A stretch of 56,526 bases of DNA, filler included, from Platydemus manokwari (Eukaryota): the NCBI GenBank assembly GCA_037951405.1. It is 5 parts of 5 records of this genome, joined end to end, with 100 filler letters (N's around TTAATTAATTAA, not from the genome) between each part and the next. Parts side by side here need not be neighbours in the genome. Positions count along the whole stretch, not along the records: positions 33,132 to 42,854 come from JBBMOY011213211.1; positions 42,955 to 56,526 come from JBBMOY011685844.1; 3 more parts are not named here. One strand, written 5' to 3'. A program made the position numbers and the translations under genes. The notes under the pieces were generated by a model. That model saw nothing but the letters and a program-made list of their open reading frames with translations. It did no database searches and had not been told where the DNA came from. This document shows positions 40,501 through 53,600 of the stretch, one piece after another; the stretch's first letter is position 1; the number at the start of each line of letters is the position of its first letter.

Positions 40501-41346
40501 TAATGTAATAACTAAAAGTAAGTATCAAAAGAGTTTCCTAAACTCTTCACTAAAATCCAGTGGATATTACAAACAAATTATAAATATATTATGAACTAGA
40601 ATAAAACACAATTTAAGCAACATATTACGAATGCTTAACCAAAAAATGGATCATTAATTCAATGAGAAGTCGTTAATACAAAAATATAAAATATTTTAAA
40701 ATGTGAAAATAAAAAAATTCAATTCAAATAAGATGAGAATCCCAAAATTTTGAATAGTTATCAAAAACTTCATTTATGTTCAAAATATTGAAATATCGAA
40801 TAAACATTTTCTTATTTTTCTGGATCACTGAAATGTTTTAATTATACTTTTTAAAAAAAGAAATTTGGAGAAAAAGAATTTTGACTTGTAAATTATAAAA
40901 TATTTTATGCTTACTAGAAATATGGGTATACATTTAGAACTCAATATTGAACATATTAATTATATTGGTTAGTAAAGTCAAGATAGTCAAAAACTGTTAC
41001 GTTTGCATGTTCTACTAAACTACGATGCAAACATTATTCTAATAGATAAGCTTAAGACTGTGTTAAAAATAAAGATTATAAAAATAAAAAATGAGCCTAA
41101 AATTTTTAAAATTACTGAAATATAAAATGTTATTAAAATATTTTTCATATATTTCTATGACGTAAGTATTGTAATTAAATATAATATAAATTAAATGGAA
41201 TAAACTTAAATTGTAATAATAGATATTATCATCCTTTACATCACATTTGTTTTAATATTTCATTTCTATAGTATTTTAATAGCTACTTATTAAACCATTA
41301 GCAAATATTTTTATATAAATTTTCTTTCTTTCATTCTTACCATAAA

Positions 41347-42566
41347 ATGTATAGCAATATCACACAATCAATTAAAAAAGATATTATCGACAAAGCATGT
41401 GTTTTTCGAATCGTTTTGGAAAAGATATCTCTGATAACTGATGGAATGTTTCTTTTACGATTGACAGTTACATCATCTAGTTCCAATGAAAAAGGAAATA
41501 TAAGATTAAGAAGCCAAAATTCCGAAAAATTCATACGGGATTATTTTGTGAACACTGAAATGATAGGGCCTGTAATTGAAAGAAATTATTATTTCTTTGA
41601 GCGTGGTGAATATAGTTTTTATCTTCCAAAAGGTTAACGAAAATAAATTAAAATTTGATAATAGACGTTAATATTTTCCAGGATTTTGTAAAAATCTCAT
41701 GGATTGTGATGTTTATTTATTAATTGAAACATTACAAATATCGAGTGATAGTAAAACTAAGGTGGTTGGCTCAACAAAAATTCCCATATATCCTCGACCA
41801 GATGTAATTATTAATTTTAATGTAGAGATCGGTGATTCATTTTATCAATTCAGAGGTACAAATAACCTCTTTTTAGTTTTAATTTCGTATTAAATATTAA
41901 TCTAGGCACATCTGATATCATTCATAGTGATGATTCCACAAAAAATGAGATTTATGGCCATCTCGTCTATCAATCGGAATTAAGTGAAATCCGAGAAATA
42001 ATTGAGAAAGATGATGAAACGGATCCAAAATTGAAACCAGAGATTTCCAAAACAAAGGATTCAAAAGCTTCAAAAGAGAAAGTAAAACCAAAGAAAATCA
42101 TTGAAGTTTCGTCTTCTACGATGGTTAAAGAAAAAAGCAAGGTTTCACCGAAAACGAAATTACCAAAGCGCAACATTCGAATGATCGAATGCGGAATGCC
42201 GCCTCTGCCATTTTTAGATATTCCTATTCACAGAGAAACAATTTTCCCACCGAGAGATGTAAATATTTTGTTTATATATTTATTGATTTATATTTATTTG
42301 TCAAACATGTTCTCTTCAGATTTTTGATCTCCTGTAATTACAATATAAATAGTCGGATAAATCTTAGATTTGTTTAAATATTCGAAAAAATCGCGTGTCA
42401 CTTTGGAAACAATAATTTTTGATGGAAACCAACGATGTTTTTACTGACAGCTAAGTCAGAAATAAATGCTCTCACGACAGCCAAATGGGAAGAGAGGCAG
42501 AAAACTTTTGTGAATCTGTGCCAAAAAACTCAGAAGTCATTGATTCTGAAGTCGTTGTTTAATAAG
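41347..42566 (+). CDS. CCDC33: CCDC33-like protein; clean exons 41347-41632, 41682-41855, 41906-42258; exon 4 (42320-42566) is open only with four +1 shifts at stop codons; the gene probably continues to the contig end
   Basis: Spliced translation contains FYLPKGFCKN...DVYLLIETL...VGSTKIPIYPRPD...DSFYQFRG, matching my recollection of vertebrate CCDC33 (FTLPKGFCKN...VGEAIFPIYPRPD...DLYRYCG). Introns are 49, 50 and 61 nt GT-AG. Confidence 0.82.
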
Positions 42567-42854
42567 GTTTATGAGGTTCAGTAAATTAAACCTTTCTAAT
42601 TCCAACCGGTAGTGTCCACCGATAAGCAGATTTAGTAGTTCTTTCTTTTAGTCAACACATACCAGATGAAATTATATATCTACGATTTAATAATCAGCTC
42701 ATCAATCGATTTGAATTTTAGCTCTCATTTTAAAACAACCATAATTTGGCTGATATCCTTCAATATAACACTGATAATATTAACAACAATATAATCTAAC
42801 GAATACAAGGTTGATTCCCATCTTGGAAATAAAAACAACCTTAATAATATTAAT

Positions 42855-42954
42855 NNNNNNNNNNNNNNNNNNNNNNNNNNNNNNNNNNNNNNNNNNNNTT
42901 AATTAATTAANNNNNNNNNNNNNNNNNNNNNNNNNNNNNNNNNNNNNNNNNNNN
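42855..42954. other. Artificial assembly linker
   Basis: N44-TTAATTAATTAA-N44. Confidence 0.97.
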
Positions 42955-43017
42955 ATTCCCATTCGCTTAACATTGTTCACTTTAAAGATATTAACAATTA
43001 TTATGATGTGCTGTTAG

Positions 43018-43218
43018 TTCCTAAAGTTCCGTTTGAGCACCCAGCATACAGTGTACATGAACCAAGTGTGGCAGACCAAGTCTCAACTGTCACGATAAAA
43101 GTAATTCGCACTGGCTCCACTAATGAGACAGCAAATGTCAGATGTAGCACCAGAGATGGATCTGCAATATCTGGTTTTGACTATAATCCAAGGTCACTTA
43201 TGCTGGAGTTTAAACCAG
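43018..43218 (+). CDS. Calx-beta domain exon (phase 1-1) of a FRAS1/FREM-family extracellular matrix protein
   Basis: PKVPFEHPAYSVHEP...VTIKVIRTG...VRCSTRDGSAISGFDYNPRSLMLEFKPG, flanked by AG and GT. Other exons were not found. Confidence 0.88.
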
Positions 43219-46184
43219 GTTTGTGTGATCTATTATCAGATTATATTTGATAACGTTTATTTTCACGTTTCAACACATTAAAGACGTTCAAATACAACTA
43301 TTAAGAGATTGTTTTTAATGTTGACTTTCTTGAAAAATCATTTAGAAAGTAGCACATAAAAATTATAAAGATCAATGACACACACACACACATTGAAGTG
43401 TTTGATGAAGATTGAAACATATCAAATTAAAAATACATTGGATGAAAATAAACGGATTGATAGAATATCATGATTGATTAAAAAACAATGAGAAAACTAA
43501 ACTACCTCCACCATTTCTCATACAAAGATACGGAAATCGCAGCAAATTTCCCAAGCCAATATTGAAACCCATAACACTCATGAAAAAATCCAATTTTCCC
43601 AACCACAACTCACGATTGGTTTTCGGTAAAGCTGCCTAATTATAATTTAAAAAAAAAAACCAAATTTCTAAATCAAATACAATTCAATGAAAAACTTACT
43701 TTATCATCTGGTTGTATATGTTTGATACAACAAGCTAACATTTTTCGTTATTATGACAATTGAATTTTAACTATAATCAATACATTATATTTATTTATTT
43801 AATAATCTGATAAAAACAATAACCGATGTTCGAAATCTGAATTACAAGATGAAAATTATTATAAAATAAATTTCTAAAATCAACAATTGAATGGCGATAT
43901 AATTTGTCTGAAAATTAATCTTTAATATTTTAATATTTTCAAATCTATTCAGATCGCCAGAATCAAGATAGAGAGAGATAGACCGTCTCAAAATCGTTGA
44001 TTGATTAAACAATTGTTGTTGTAACCTTGGTTTTTCATTAAAATAAAAATGTTTTTTCTTTCCAATGAATATTACAGCATGGTTTGTTTTTATACACAAG
44101 AGAGTCAATATTATCGATGAGTAGTGTTTGGTAAATTCAATAATAGCTCAGAAAATAATGCTATAACGTGATCAAATCGAGAGAGACCATCGATCGAAGG
44201 TTAAACATATTGCGATGTTTTGTTCACATTTTGTTATTGCATTTCGACTTAATATAAAAAAATCAAAATCTGACCTTTTCTTTTACAAAGGTTTTAGAAG
44301 GATTTTCAGTGATCATGTCGAGATATCACTCAATGATTACCCACCCAATAAAAAGCATACTCAATTCATCTTCAACAAATCATCAGACATTGATTCTTGT
44401 CGATTTAAACAAATATTGGAAATACAAAATGAAACCCAGCAACTTTGTTTGAAGAAATTTCGACGAAATAAAATCCAACAATATACTAGTAAACATAATT
44501 TATTAATCTATTCAATGTGGATCGAAACGTGGACAGTGATGGAAATTTTAGTTTCAAAAAATTATCAATTTTCTTTTCAAAACCACTCGACATATGTTTG
44601 ATATTGATAATCCTAGAAAGTTAATTGTTTTCGTGTGGATTTTCAACCACGAAAATAGGCCAGCTTATTTCATATGAAATGATAAAACTGAATTTGTATT
44701 TCGAGAATTTTATATCAAAAGTCAAATAACAGATAAAATTATTGGCAAAAAAATAAATCATGATAACATGAAACTTTTGTTGATATCAAGTTCTCAGGGG
44801 TGTCTTTGGAGAAACCGTGAGAAATCCACCATCTGTCAGATATGGGAATCATTCTACCCATAATGTCCAAATGAAAAACTATAACGGTTTGCTGTGATAA
44901 ATTATTAAAGCACGAAAATAACTACAAGTGATTCCATCAACAATAATACAGGGTCATATCATTTGTTATTGAATGATGAATTATTGAGTGGTATGGATTG
45001 AATCGTCCATTCGTTGTATGTTCGCATTGTAAATAAATATTGAAATGAACAATAGAACATGTTTCAATCATGACTAAACAAACTATCATTGGATTTTTGC
45101 ATTACGAATTGGATTTATCATTATTATAAGTTTATTCATAATAATAACGAATTATGAACAACTTCAAGTACTATTTATGATTTGATTATTATATACCTTA
45201 CGATGCTATGTAACAATTAGTTTTTTGTGAACCTAATGTTGAAAAGTTTTCAAAATTTCCTCTTTCGCATAAAAATGAATTAAAAATTAAAATTTAATTT
45301 AAAAAATAAATTAAAAATCTAAATCATTATATCATTTATAATTTATATCGAAAACATAAATTATCAATTCTATTTGTTTAAATAATTTGATTAAGTATAC
45401 TTTATATGTTGTGACTTTTCAATTCATCTTCATAAGTTTCTTTATAAATAATAGCTGCTTACAAGAAAATGCTTACCACATAAATGGATTCGAATCCGAA
45501 AAGATCATTGATTTAAAACTATAGTAGCAAGGAGGAAGATATAAAAATATAGAAATGTATATCTAAATAAATATCTAGAAAATCAGATGCAGAGAAAATT
45601 CAGAGTAGATAGGAAATCAAAAATTTTAATAACAGGGGGCTGTAGGGATTTCAAAATGAATGAAAATTGATATGATTTATAATAATAATTTAAATAAAAA
45701 TATAAATTATTAATTTTATTCGTTTATAGTTCGTGCTTTATGAATAAAACGCAGCGTGGAAGTAAGTTCTATCGGAGGGGTTATTATATCCACACTTTAT
45801 TTGTTTCCAGTAATTTTCTAATCAGAAATGTTATATTATCAAATTAATCCAATTTTTAAAATTAAATTCAAAGATCAAATAATTAAAAAATATTTGATCA
45901 CAAAAAAGCTTTCTTTCAAAAATAATTACGTGTTGTGATTTCATTCACATATGTCGTAATTGTTGGAATAGCTGTAAAATAAACCCTTTTATCTGCGAAT
46001 GTTTTCATAGAAATTTCCTTTGCATCATTCTTGTGATGATTTTATAATTTAAATTTAAAAGATTTTATTTATTAATACCAAACGACATTAATTTGTATCA
46101 AAAACTGCAGTTGAACAAATAATTTTGTGCTGTAATTTCTCATTTGGTTTCCAATACATTCTTTATTAAACAGTGATGGCTTAC

Positions 46185-46655
46185 AATTCTGATTCATAAT
46201 TTGAGATGCCGATAGATCAAAACTAATTGTGATTTTTGAATGGTTATAATATTTATAATATATTTAATTTTTATAATCTATATTATTTAAAATCATTACT
46301 TATAGGTCATTTCGTCAAATTCGAATCGAGCACTCACGTACCCTTACTTGTTTGAGCTAAAATCGGGTTTTTTGTAGATTACGTAACTTAAATCAATAAT
46401 TGTTAATAGTAAATTATTTGGAAAAGACTGTAATTTGTTTTTGATTTCCAATAGCAGACTTTTCCTATAAAAGTGTTTTTGGTTTTGATTTATTATTTAA
46501 TAATTGTTTTTACGAATTCATATAGTTGTGATTTTGATCGATAATATATTTTCACATAATTATTTAATAATAGACTGATAGTCGAGAGAGTTGATTTGAA
46601 TTCTGATTCATAATTTGAGACGCTGATAGATCAAAACTAATTCTGATTTTCGAAT
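46185..46655 (+). repeat. ~57-bp direct repeat (46185-46241 and 46599-46655)
   Basis: AATTCTGATTCATAATTTGAGAyGCyGATAGATCAAAACTAATTsTGATTTTyGAAT occurs twice. Confidence 0.9.
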
Positions 46656-46908
46656 ATTTATAATTTCTATAAACATTTTAAAGTGATCTTAACAAACAGT
46701 TTCAAAAAACAACAGAGAGTTAGGTTTGAAAGATATGAGTTCTTTAATAGAGATTGTGAGAATTTTAAATTAAATTAAAATATTTTAAGATTTAATTTTA
46801 TATAAAATTATATTAATTTGTTAAAAATAATTGTCTTTAAATATATTTTGGTGTCGTGACTTTTCAGTTGGTTTTCGATGCGTGTTTTAGAAAATAATAG
46901 CGGCTTAC

Positions 46909-47610
46909 AGAGATGATTATTTAAAACGCCATTGTTGTGTGCTACAAGATCAAACACTATTTCATATCATTTGAAATTGTCATTATTGTCGCAAATGAAA
47001 TGAAGATCGAAATCTAATCAGTATTTTTAACAATAAATTGAAATAATCTCATGGAAAATGAAACGAAAATTCGTTTCGGTACAATTAAAATTTGTCGAAA
47101 TGTACAATTATCATATTTCGATATCTCATTCATTATTATTAGGAAAATATTCCAATAATCATGGAAATTTTTTTAGAATATTTATTCATTAGATTTAATT
47201 ATTCATAATTATTTAGAAATAAAATATTGTACCTCATAATAACTAATTTAGAAATATTAAATATCATGGGATATTGTGAGTTTGCAATGCAAAATGAATT
47301 CTGACTTGAATTATTTATTGTTCCCAATAACCAGATAAAAACCTGAATATCCAATAATGGCCGAGATAAAAATCTATTCATCTTCTACTTATCTTCAATA
47401 TTGGTCCGTCCAATATTGGTGATGTTTAAAAGTGATGTTTAGACTGTTTTTCTGTGATGGGATAAATAGTCGTTCCGGTTTCTTGCTCTGTACTGGTTGT
47501 TTAATAAATTTCGAATGAGTTCACCTGTTTAGTATGAGTTTCCATTGATCAGTGCATGTACTTGCTCAGTGTTGTACATGTAGTGTCTTTGTGCCCAATA
47601 TTTTAATCAC
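46909..47610 (-). other. Putative recoded exon
   Basis: CAG acceptor to GTAAGC donor; open runs of 35, 58 and 48 codons separated by clusters of 4-nt stop units. Confidence 0.5.
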
Positions 47611-50600
47611 CTGATTTTTATTTTGGTTAATAGATGTTTTTCTTTTCACTTAATAAATGCATGTGTGTATAATTTTCATAAAACAGTTTTCAAATTCAGA
47701 AAAAATCAATATTTGAACTCTGCCTAATTCTATGTTTAATTGTTATGCTAATACAAAGGACAGATGACATCATAAGAAGTGTTCCAAAATTTTATGATAA
47801 TTTAGTAATGCGAAGAAATTTTTAGGTAAAAAAAAACTTCAAATCGTTTTTAAAATCCGTCAAGTAATGTGATGACAGCTGAAAATAATTGATAATTAGA
47901 AAAAAAATAATTCATCGAGAAAATGTAGTAAGACAGTAAATATTAAACGATGTCACCATAAATTTCTTAATCCGATTATTTTGCTCTGCTATTTTGATAG
48001 TTCTAATCTTTTTTCATTTGCAGAGAAGTTTTAAAAAATTTCATTTATTGTAATGAGATTGATTTTTTGCATTAGCGCTTGAAATTTATTTCATTCTGAT
48101 TTATATGACTTGTTATTGATTTAAAATTTTAAAAAAATAAAATGAATCAGTTAAATAAATTGACGATTTGTTAGAGTTCGAGTAAATTTAATGAGTCGAG
48201 TAAGCATTATAAAATTATGTGTGTAGATATTCGTAGATATTCAAATCAAGAACAAATGATTCGTTAAGATGAAATAACTATTTAACTGCAAATTAGTGAT
48301 GTCTTTGCGAAAAATGATCAACTTAATCGTTTCGATTCTCTAATCTTCAATTGGTTCATTTATTCTCGAATATGTCGAAATTTGCAAACTCATTTTCAGT
48401 TTCCCGAACTAATTGACAGAGTTACATTTTTCAGCTGGATATTTCAACTCAGAAGGAACATAAGCAAGGTTCATAAAACAATATAAACTGTACGTTCCTA
48501 CTTGCTAAAGCAGAATAAAAATTAAAGATAATATAAAAGATCACGGACATTAACATTTTAAATAATAATATATTTCAATTATATTGCTAATACTTATGCT
48601 ATTTTTATCCAATAAAATATCTATTAATTAATTTAAAAATCTCCTATCAGTGAATAATAATAATCAACTGAAAAGAGACTTTAAATTTAAAATCGAAGTA
48701 ATATTAATAAAAAATNNNNNNNNNNATACCGACACAACAGAACGTATTGCAAATATCAGAGAATATAAATAGATATATGATCTTTGTTCTGATCTCAGAG
48801 ATAAATTGATTTGTTTCTTATTTTTTTTTAATAAAGTCTTTATAAATGTTAATGATAAACAAAATGTCGATAATTTCATAATAAATACAAAATCAATTTT
48901 CATCATCCCAGAACACAGATCAAATGATACGCTTTTTTTCCCATAGGTATGGAAAATTAATTAACAATCTCAGGGATTTAATAAAAGATTTAATAAAAAA
49001 AAGATTTTCCTTTTCTCCAGATATTGTTAGCGAATGTGAAATTAATTGATTTTTTAAAGTATTTATTATGGGAATTGACGAACTTTATCTAAAGTATGTG
49101 ATTTATCAAATAAACGGTACTACTCGTCAATATCAGACAAAACATCAAACATCGACCAATCAAAGGTCATGTGTCATCATCGGAATCTAAGCATTTCGAA
49201 TATTGACTCATCGTAGATTTTATTTAATAAAATTTTCAACGATAAAATTCACATAATTAAAAAAAAATATTTCAAATTCGTCATTATAATTTTTAAAAGC
49301 TTTTTTGAAAAAAAAAATGAAACTATTATCAATTAATAAATAGGTTTCACCACAAGTTATTCGTACAAGTTGAATGCCTTGTAAAATATCGGATAATTAT
49401 TGAGAGATTTTCAGACTTTGTCTCATAGATGAAATAATGCTGATATTAATCACAGTCGACTAGGAAAAAAGAGAATGTCTTATCAACTAATTAAATGGAT
49501 CGGTTACGCTATGGGTAAATGAGATGTGAATAATTCAAGGCATGGATTATGGAATTAAAAATATCACCAGATATATATAAATTATAAAATATAAAATATT
49601 TGATATATAATCTTTTAATGAATCATACAAATCATAATATTTTCGATTCAAAGCGTTTCAATTTTCATTTTGTAATGCGTTTTTGTGAAATTTGAAAAAT
49701 TGCATTTTGTGTATTAAGAAATTTAATTTTACAAATTCAATTCGGGACATTCCATAAAACCAATCAGTGTTGATGTGAATCTAAAAAAAGAAATATCAAA
49801 AGTTACACATGGATTCAGAGATTTTTATGGTGGAGAAATAGATTTTAAATAAATTATCTTTCCACTGACTACTCGATCACAGGAATCTTAAGATTTGAGA
49901 AACAAATCAGTATGTAGGAATAAAAGTTTTTAATGTGCGAGCTTTATGCTGATGAGGACTCGCAATGCCATTAGAAAGGGTGTCCACCGTTTGGTGATGA
50001 TGAATGGAGCAGATAGTGAAAATATAGGTTGGACATTCTGTCCCGTAGTAATGAGAATCATGAGTATAATCTCTCTCTCAATCGTATTTGATGGTCAGGT
50101 TCAAAAGGGCTGGTTATACTGGATACTATATGATATCATATTGAATAAAACACATTTTCTAATAATTAGAAAACTAGAAAATTACAAAAACTAAAAACCA
50201 TAAAATAAAAACCTTATCAATAAATAAATCTGAAAAATGAATGAACACAAATGTCAAATTTGTGAAATCTCATTTAATAAACTATTGAGGCTCTAAAAGT
50301 TCATGAAAAATTATAAAAAACAAATGACGAAATTTAATCAAAAAGACCTCTCCATTAAGGAGACAACTTTATCTGATAATAGATATGAAATCCTGAAAGA
50401 TATTTACAAAACCCATAAGATTATTAAAAAATCCAAATCTACCAAAAATATAATTCCCCAAATCGTGGAAGATTCAGAAAAAATTCTAGAATTTGTAAAT
50501 AAATACTCAAATATTAAATTTCAAATAGTAGTTTAAATATTATTAATGAGAGTCAAAAGGAATACAATATCGATTTATCAGGGTATACCTTATGGAATTT

Positions 50601-53600
50601 TCATTATCGTAACTAGTTGTATTTTGGTATCTTTATGATTGTTATACTGCACTGAAAGCATTTACAAGATATCCGTTTCAGCAGGAATGAGAAGTCACTT
50701 TGTCATCGAATTCTAATCATAAAACAATAAAATAAAATTTCAACAAAAAACAAAATTTATAATATTATATATTAAAATTATAATGTATTATTAAGACGAT
50801 TAATGATAAATATTATATATAATTAATAATATAATTAATATAATCTGAAACAAATAATAATGGCAACATTGAAATATATGAACATTAATAATAAAAACTG
50901 CCTCGAAATGTAATTTCTCATTGATAAACATTATTAATTATGCTGACATCATAATAATTACTATAATTTTATTAATGATTTTCCTAGTTTTGTACGATAT
51001 TTCTAGATTAACGACTGCGAACGAAAGAAATATTAAAGCAAAACAGAATTTCTTTCCTTATCATTAATTATCATATTTAATTTAAATAAATTAATACAGA
51101 TAAAATTATTATTAACATGGTTATAATATCAATTATAATTATAATTATAATTATTATTTTAAAAAAATTTATTAACATTATTCTTTTAAAATAATAGATG
51201 ATGATCGATAGATATAATTAATGACTCTATATTTTCAAATTCAGTGTAGTACGCCGTGATTAATGATCACTGAACAAGAAAGAAGAAAATCCACAATTGA
51301 AAACAATTCATGACAAAACATTTTTAGCAAAATCATTTTAATTGTAAACTTAAAAGTTTGTTAATGAAATGAAATTTAATTATCTCTTTTGAACTGGGTT
51401 TTGTTCTTTTCAAACAAATACTGAAAGATGATTGAGATGATCATGATTTTCGATTTGTTGTTTTGACTTACAAATTTCATTGATTGAGATGAATAAATTA
51501 ATATTTTGTTTTGTTTTAAATAATTATTTGTTCATCCTCATTGCTGTGGTTTAATTAATGATAACAATTTAGTTTATTAAATTTGAATTTTTATATTTAA
51601 AAAATGAAAATGGACTTCAATTAAATTAAATAATATTCTTAAAATATTATCAAGAAATATAATTAAAATATAGATGATAATTTGAAGTAAATGCGGATTC
51701 AATATTCTAGCATTGAACACAACACGCAATCAATATTATGTGTTCTTATCCGTTAACTGTGTCGATTACTAAAGAATAAATCAAAATAACCCCCTTGCAC
51801 CAAGCCTAATTTTATATATTATCAATAGATTTGCAATATTTATTGTTTCATTGGATTATTATCTATTCTTGTTTAGACTGGTATTTCCATTATCATAACA
51901 AATGTTATATATAATATTATACAAAGCGCCATGAAAGTTTTTAGAGTTCAACCGTTTCTTGCTTATTAAATTTTAGATTTAAATATTTTCCATATATATA
52001 TAATTTCTTTTATATATTAAAAATAATATTAAAAATAATAATTTAGAATTATAAATTAAGAGAATTTTTCTAACACAAATAATTTTCTATTATTCTTATA
52101 AATATATAAATGTATCAGCAATATTTTATTGCAGTGTAGGTCAAATATTTGTGTTTCTTAATATTACATTGACAATAATAATTAATAAACAATTATAATT
52201 GATAATGATAAAATTATTATTATGATGAGTTATTAACCATTTATAAATATAAGTGTAATAGACTATAAACTGATTGCTCGCAATGCATTGATTACTACAA
52301 ACTATAGGATGACTAGTATGATTATCTAACGCTACAAATGTCTTGCTTTGTAGAATTTAAGGATTAAACGTTTGGGACCATCGATGTTATCATTGTAGCA
52401 TGGATTAATAATATCTATCATAAAATAAAAACAAATTATCACCAAATAAATCACAAAAATCAACACTTTTAATCCAAAGATCTTTCAGATTCTGAACCGC
52501 AGCTCTGATAGGTACAAGAATCATTCTTGTTAAGAAAATAGAGTGCATATATATTTACATGGGTACCATATTATCATGTTCGTCTCAAGAATTAAATAAA
52601 TAATATCATTGTTAGTCGCTTCTATTTATAAAAGACGCATCAAAAAACTAATTGAAAAGACACGACAACAGATAATCTATTCATTTACAATTATATAAAC
52701 AAATAAATAATTTTTACATAAAATTAAATATTATACCAAATTAAATTCTGTTTAACCTTAAATTTTATGTAAAATTAATTACAAAATTAAAATTACAAAC
52801 AAAATTAAATCGGTAAAAAATTAATTAAATATTAAGATTCTCGCATCTCCTTTTTTAAAAAATATTTTATTTTATTTGTAGATTTTGTAAGTCGCTACTA
52901 TTTTAGAAACCAGACATTAAAAACGAATTGAAAAGTCAAGACACAAAAAACCTACTTAAATACAAATATTTAAGAAAATAAATTTAATTATATGATTTTA
53001 TTTAAAATTGAATTAAATTAGAATTTAAATAGAATTTAATTATTTTAAAATATCTAACAGTCTTAATTGACATTGTATCTATTTATTTATCTACTTAAGA
53101 AATCTCTATTTCTTCTGTCTATTTATATCTTCTCTAAATCTTCTTTATATCTAATCTACATCTTTATATATCCTCTATATATGACCTCAACATCCTCCTC
53201 CCACTTTTCCTTAATTTAGTCATTGATCTTCTCAGAATCGAATCCAGACTCGTTGTCACCGTGTTAGTCGCCATTATTTTATAAAATGCGCATCAAAAAA
53301 CTAACTGAAAAGACACGATAAATACAAAATTTGTTATCTAAGCAAATAAATATAATTTTATATAAAATTAATTAAATAAAATTTTAATCCAGTACAAAAA
53401 AATTAAACCTGTAAAAATTTAATTATATTTTAATATTGTCACAATTCTTAGTACTTTTCTAAATTTATCTCTAGCAAATGGCTTCTAGTACGGTTTGTTT
53501 AAGTGCAACACTGATATAGAACCAAAATTTCAATGCAGCAATAATTAATATTGTTTTAAAATAACCAATTCTTTACTGGAATTTGAAAGAGAGAGAATCT

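Larger units (their letters stand above)
29485..40595 (-). other. Putative large recoded gene; candidate exons include 40595-39914, 38681-38330, 34934-34424, 33031-32649, 32594-32222, 30489-30046, 29979-~29485; MCT gene nested antisense
   Basis: GC-richer blocks with GT-AG edges and open runs of 63, 84 and 91 codons joined by +1 shifts. Crosses an assembly linker, so it may be two genes. Confidence 0.55.

Noticed and set aside
42320-42566. Ciliate-type reassignment (TAA/TAG=Gln) or simple readthrough
   Set aside because: The C2-like W...ILK segment is in a different frame from the exon entry frame. About 2000 codons of conserved genes have no in-frame stops, and NudC ends at TAA at its conserved C-terminus.
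44215-44601. 128-aa plus-strand ORF (and ORFs at 49946 and 50303)
   Set aside because: No recognisable motif and not decoded; could be part of another cryptic gene or a repeat, so no call is made.
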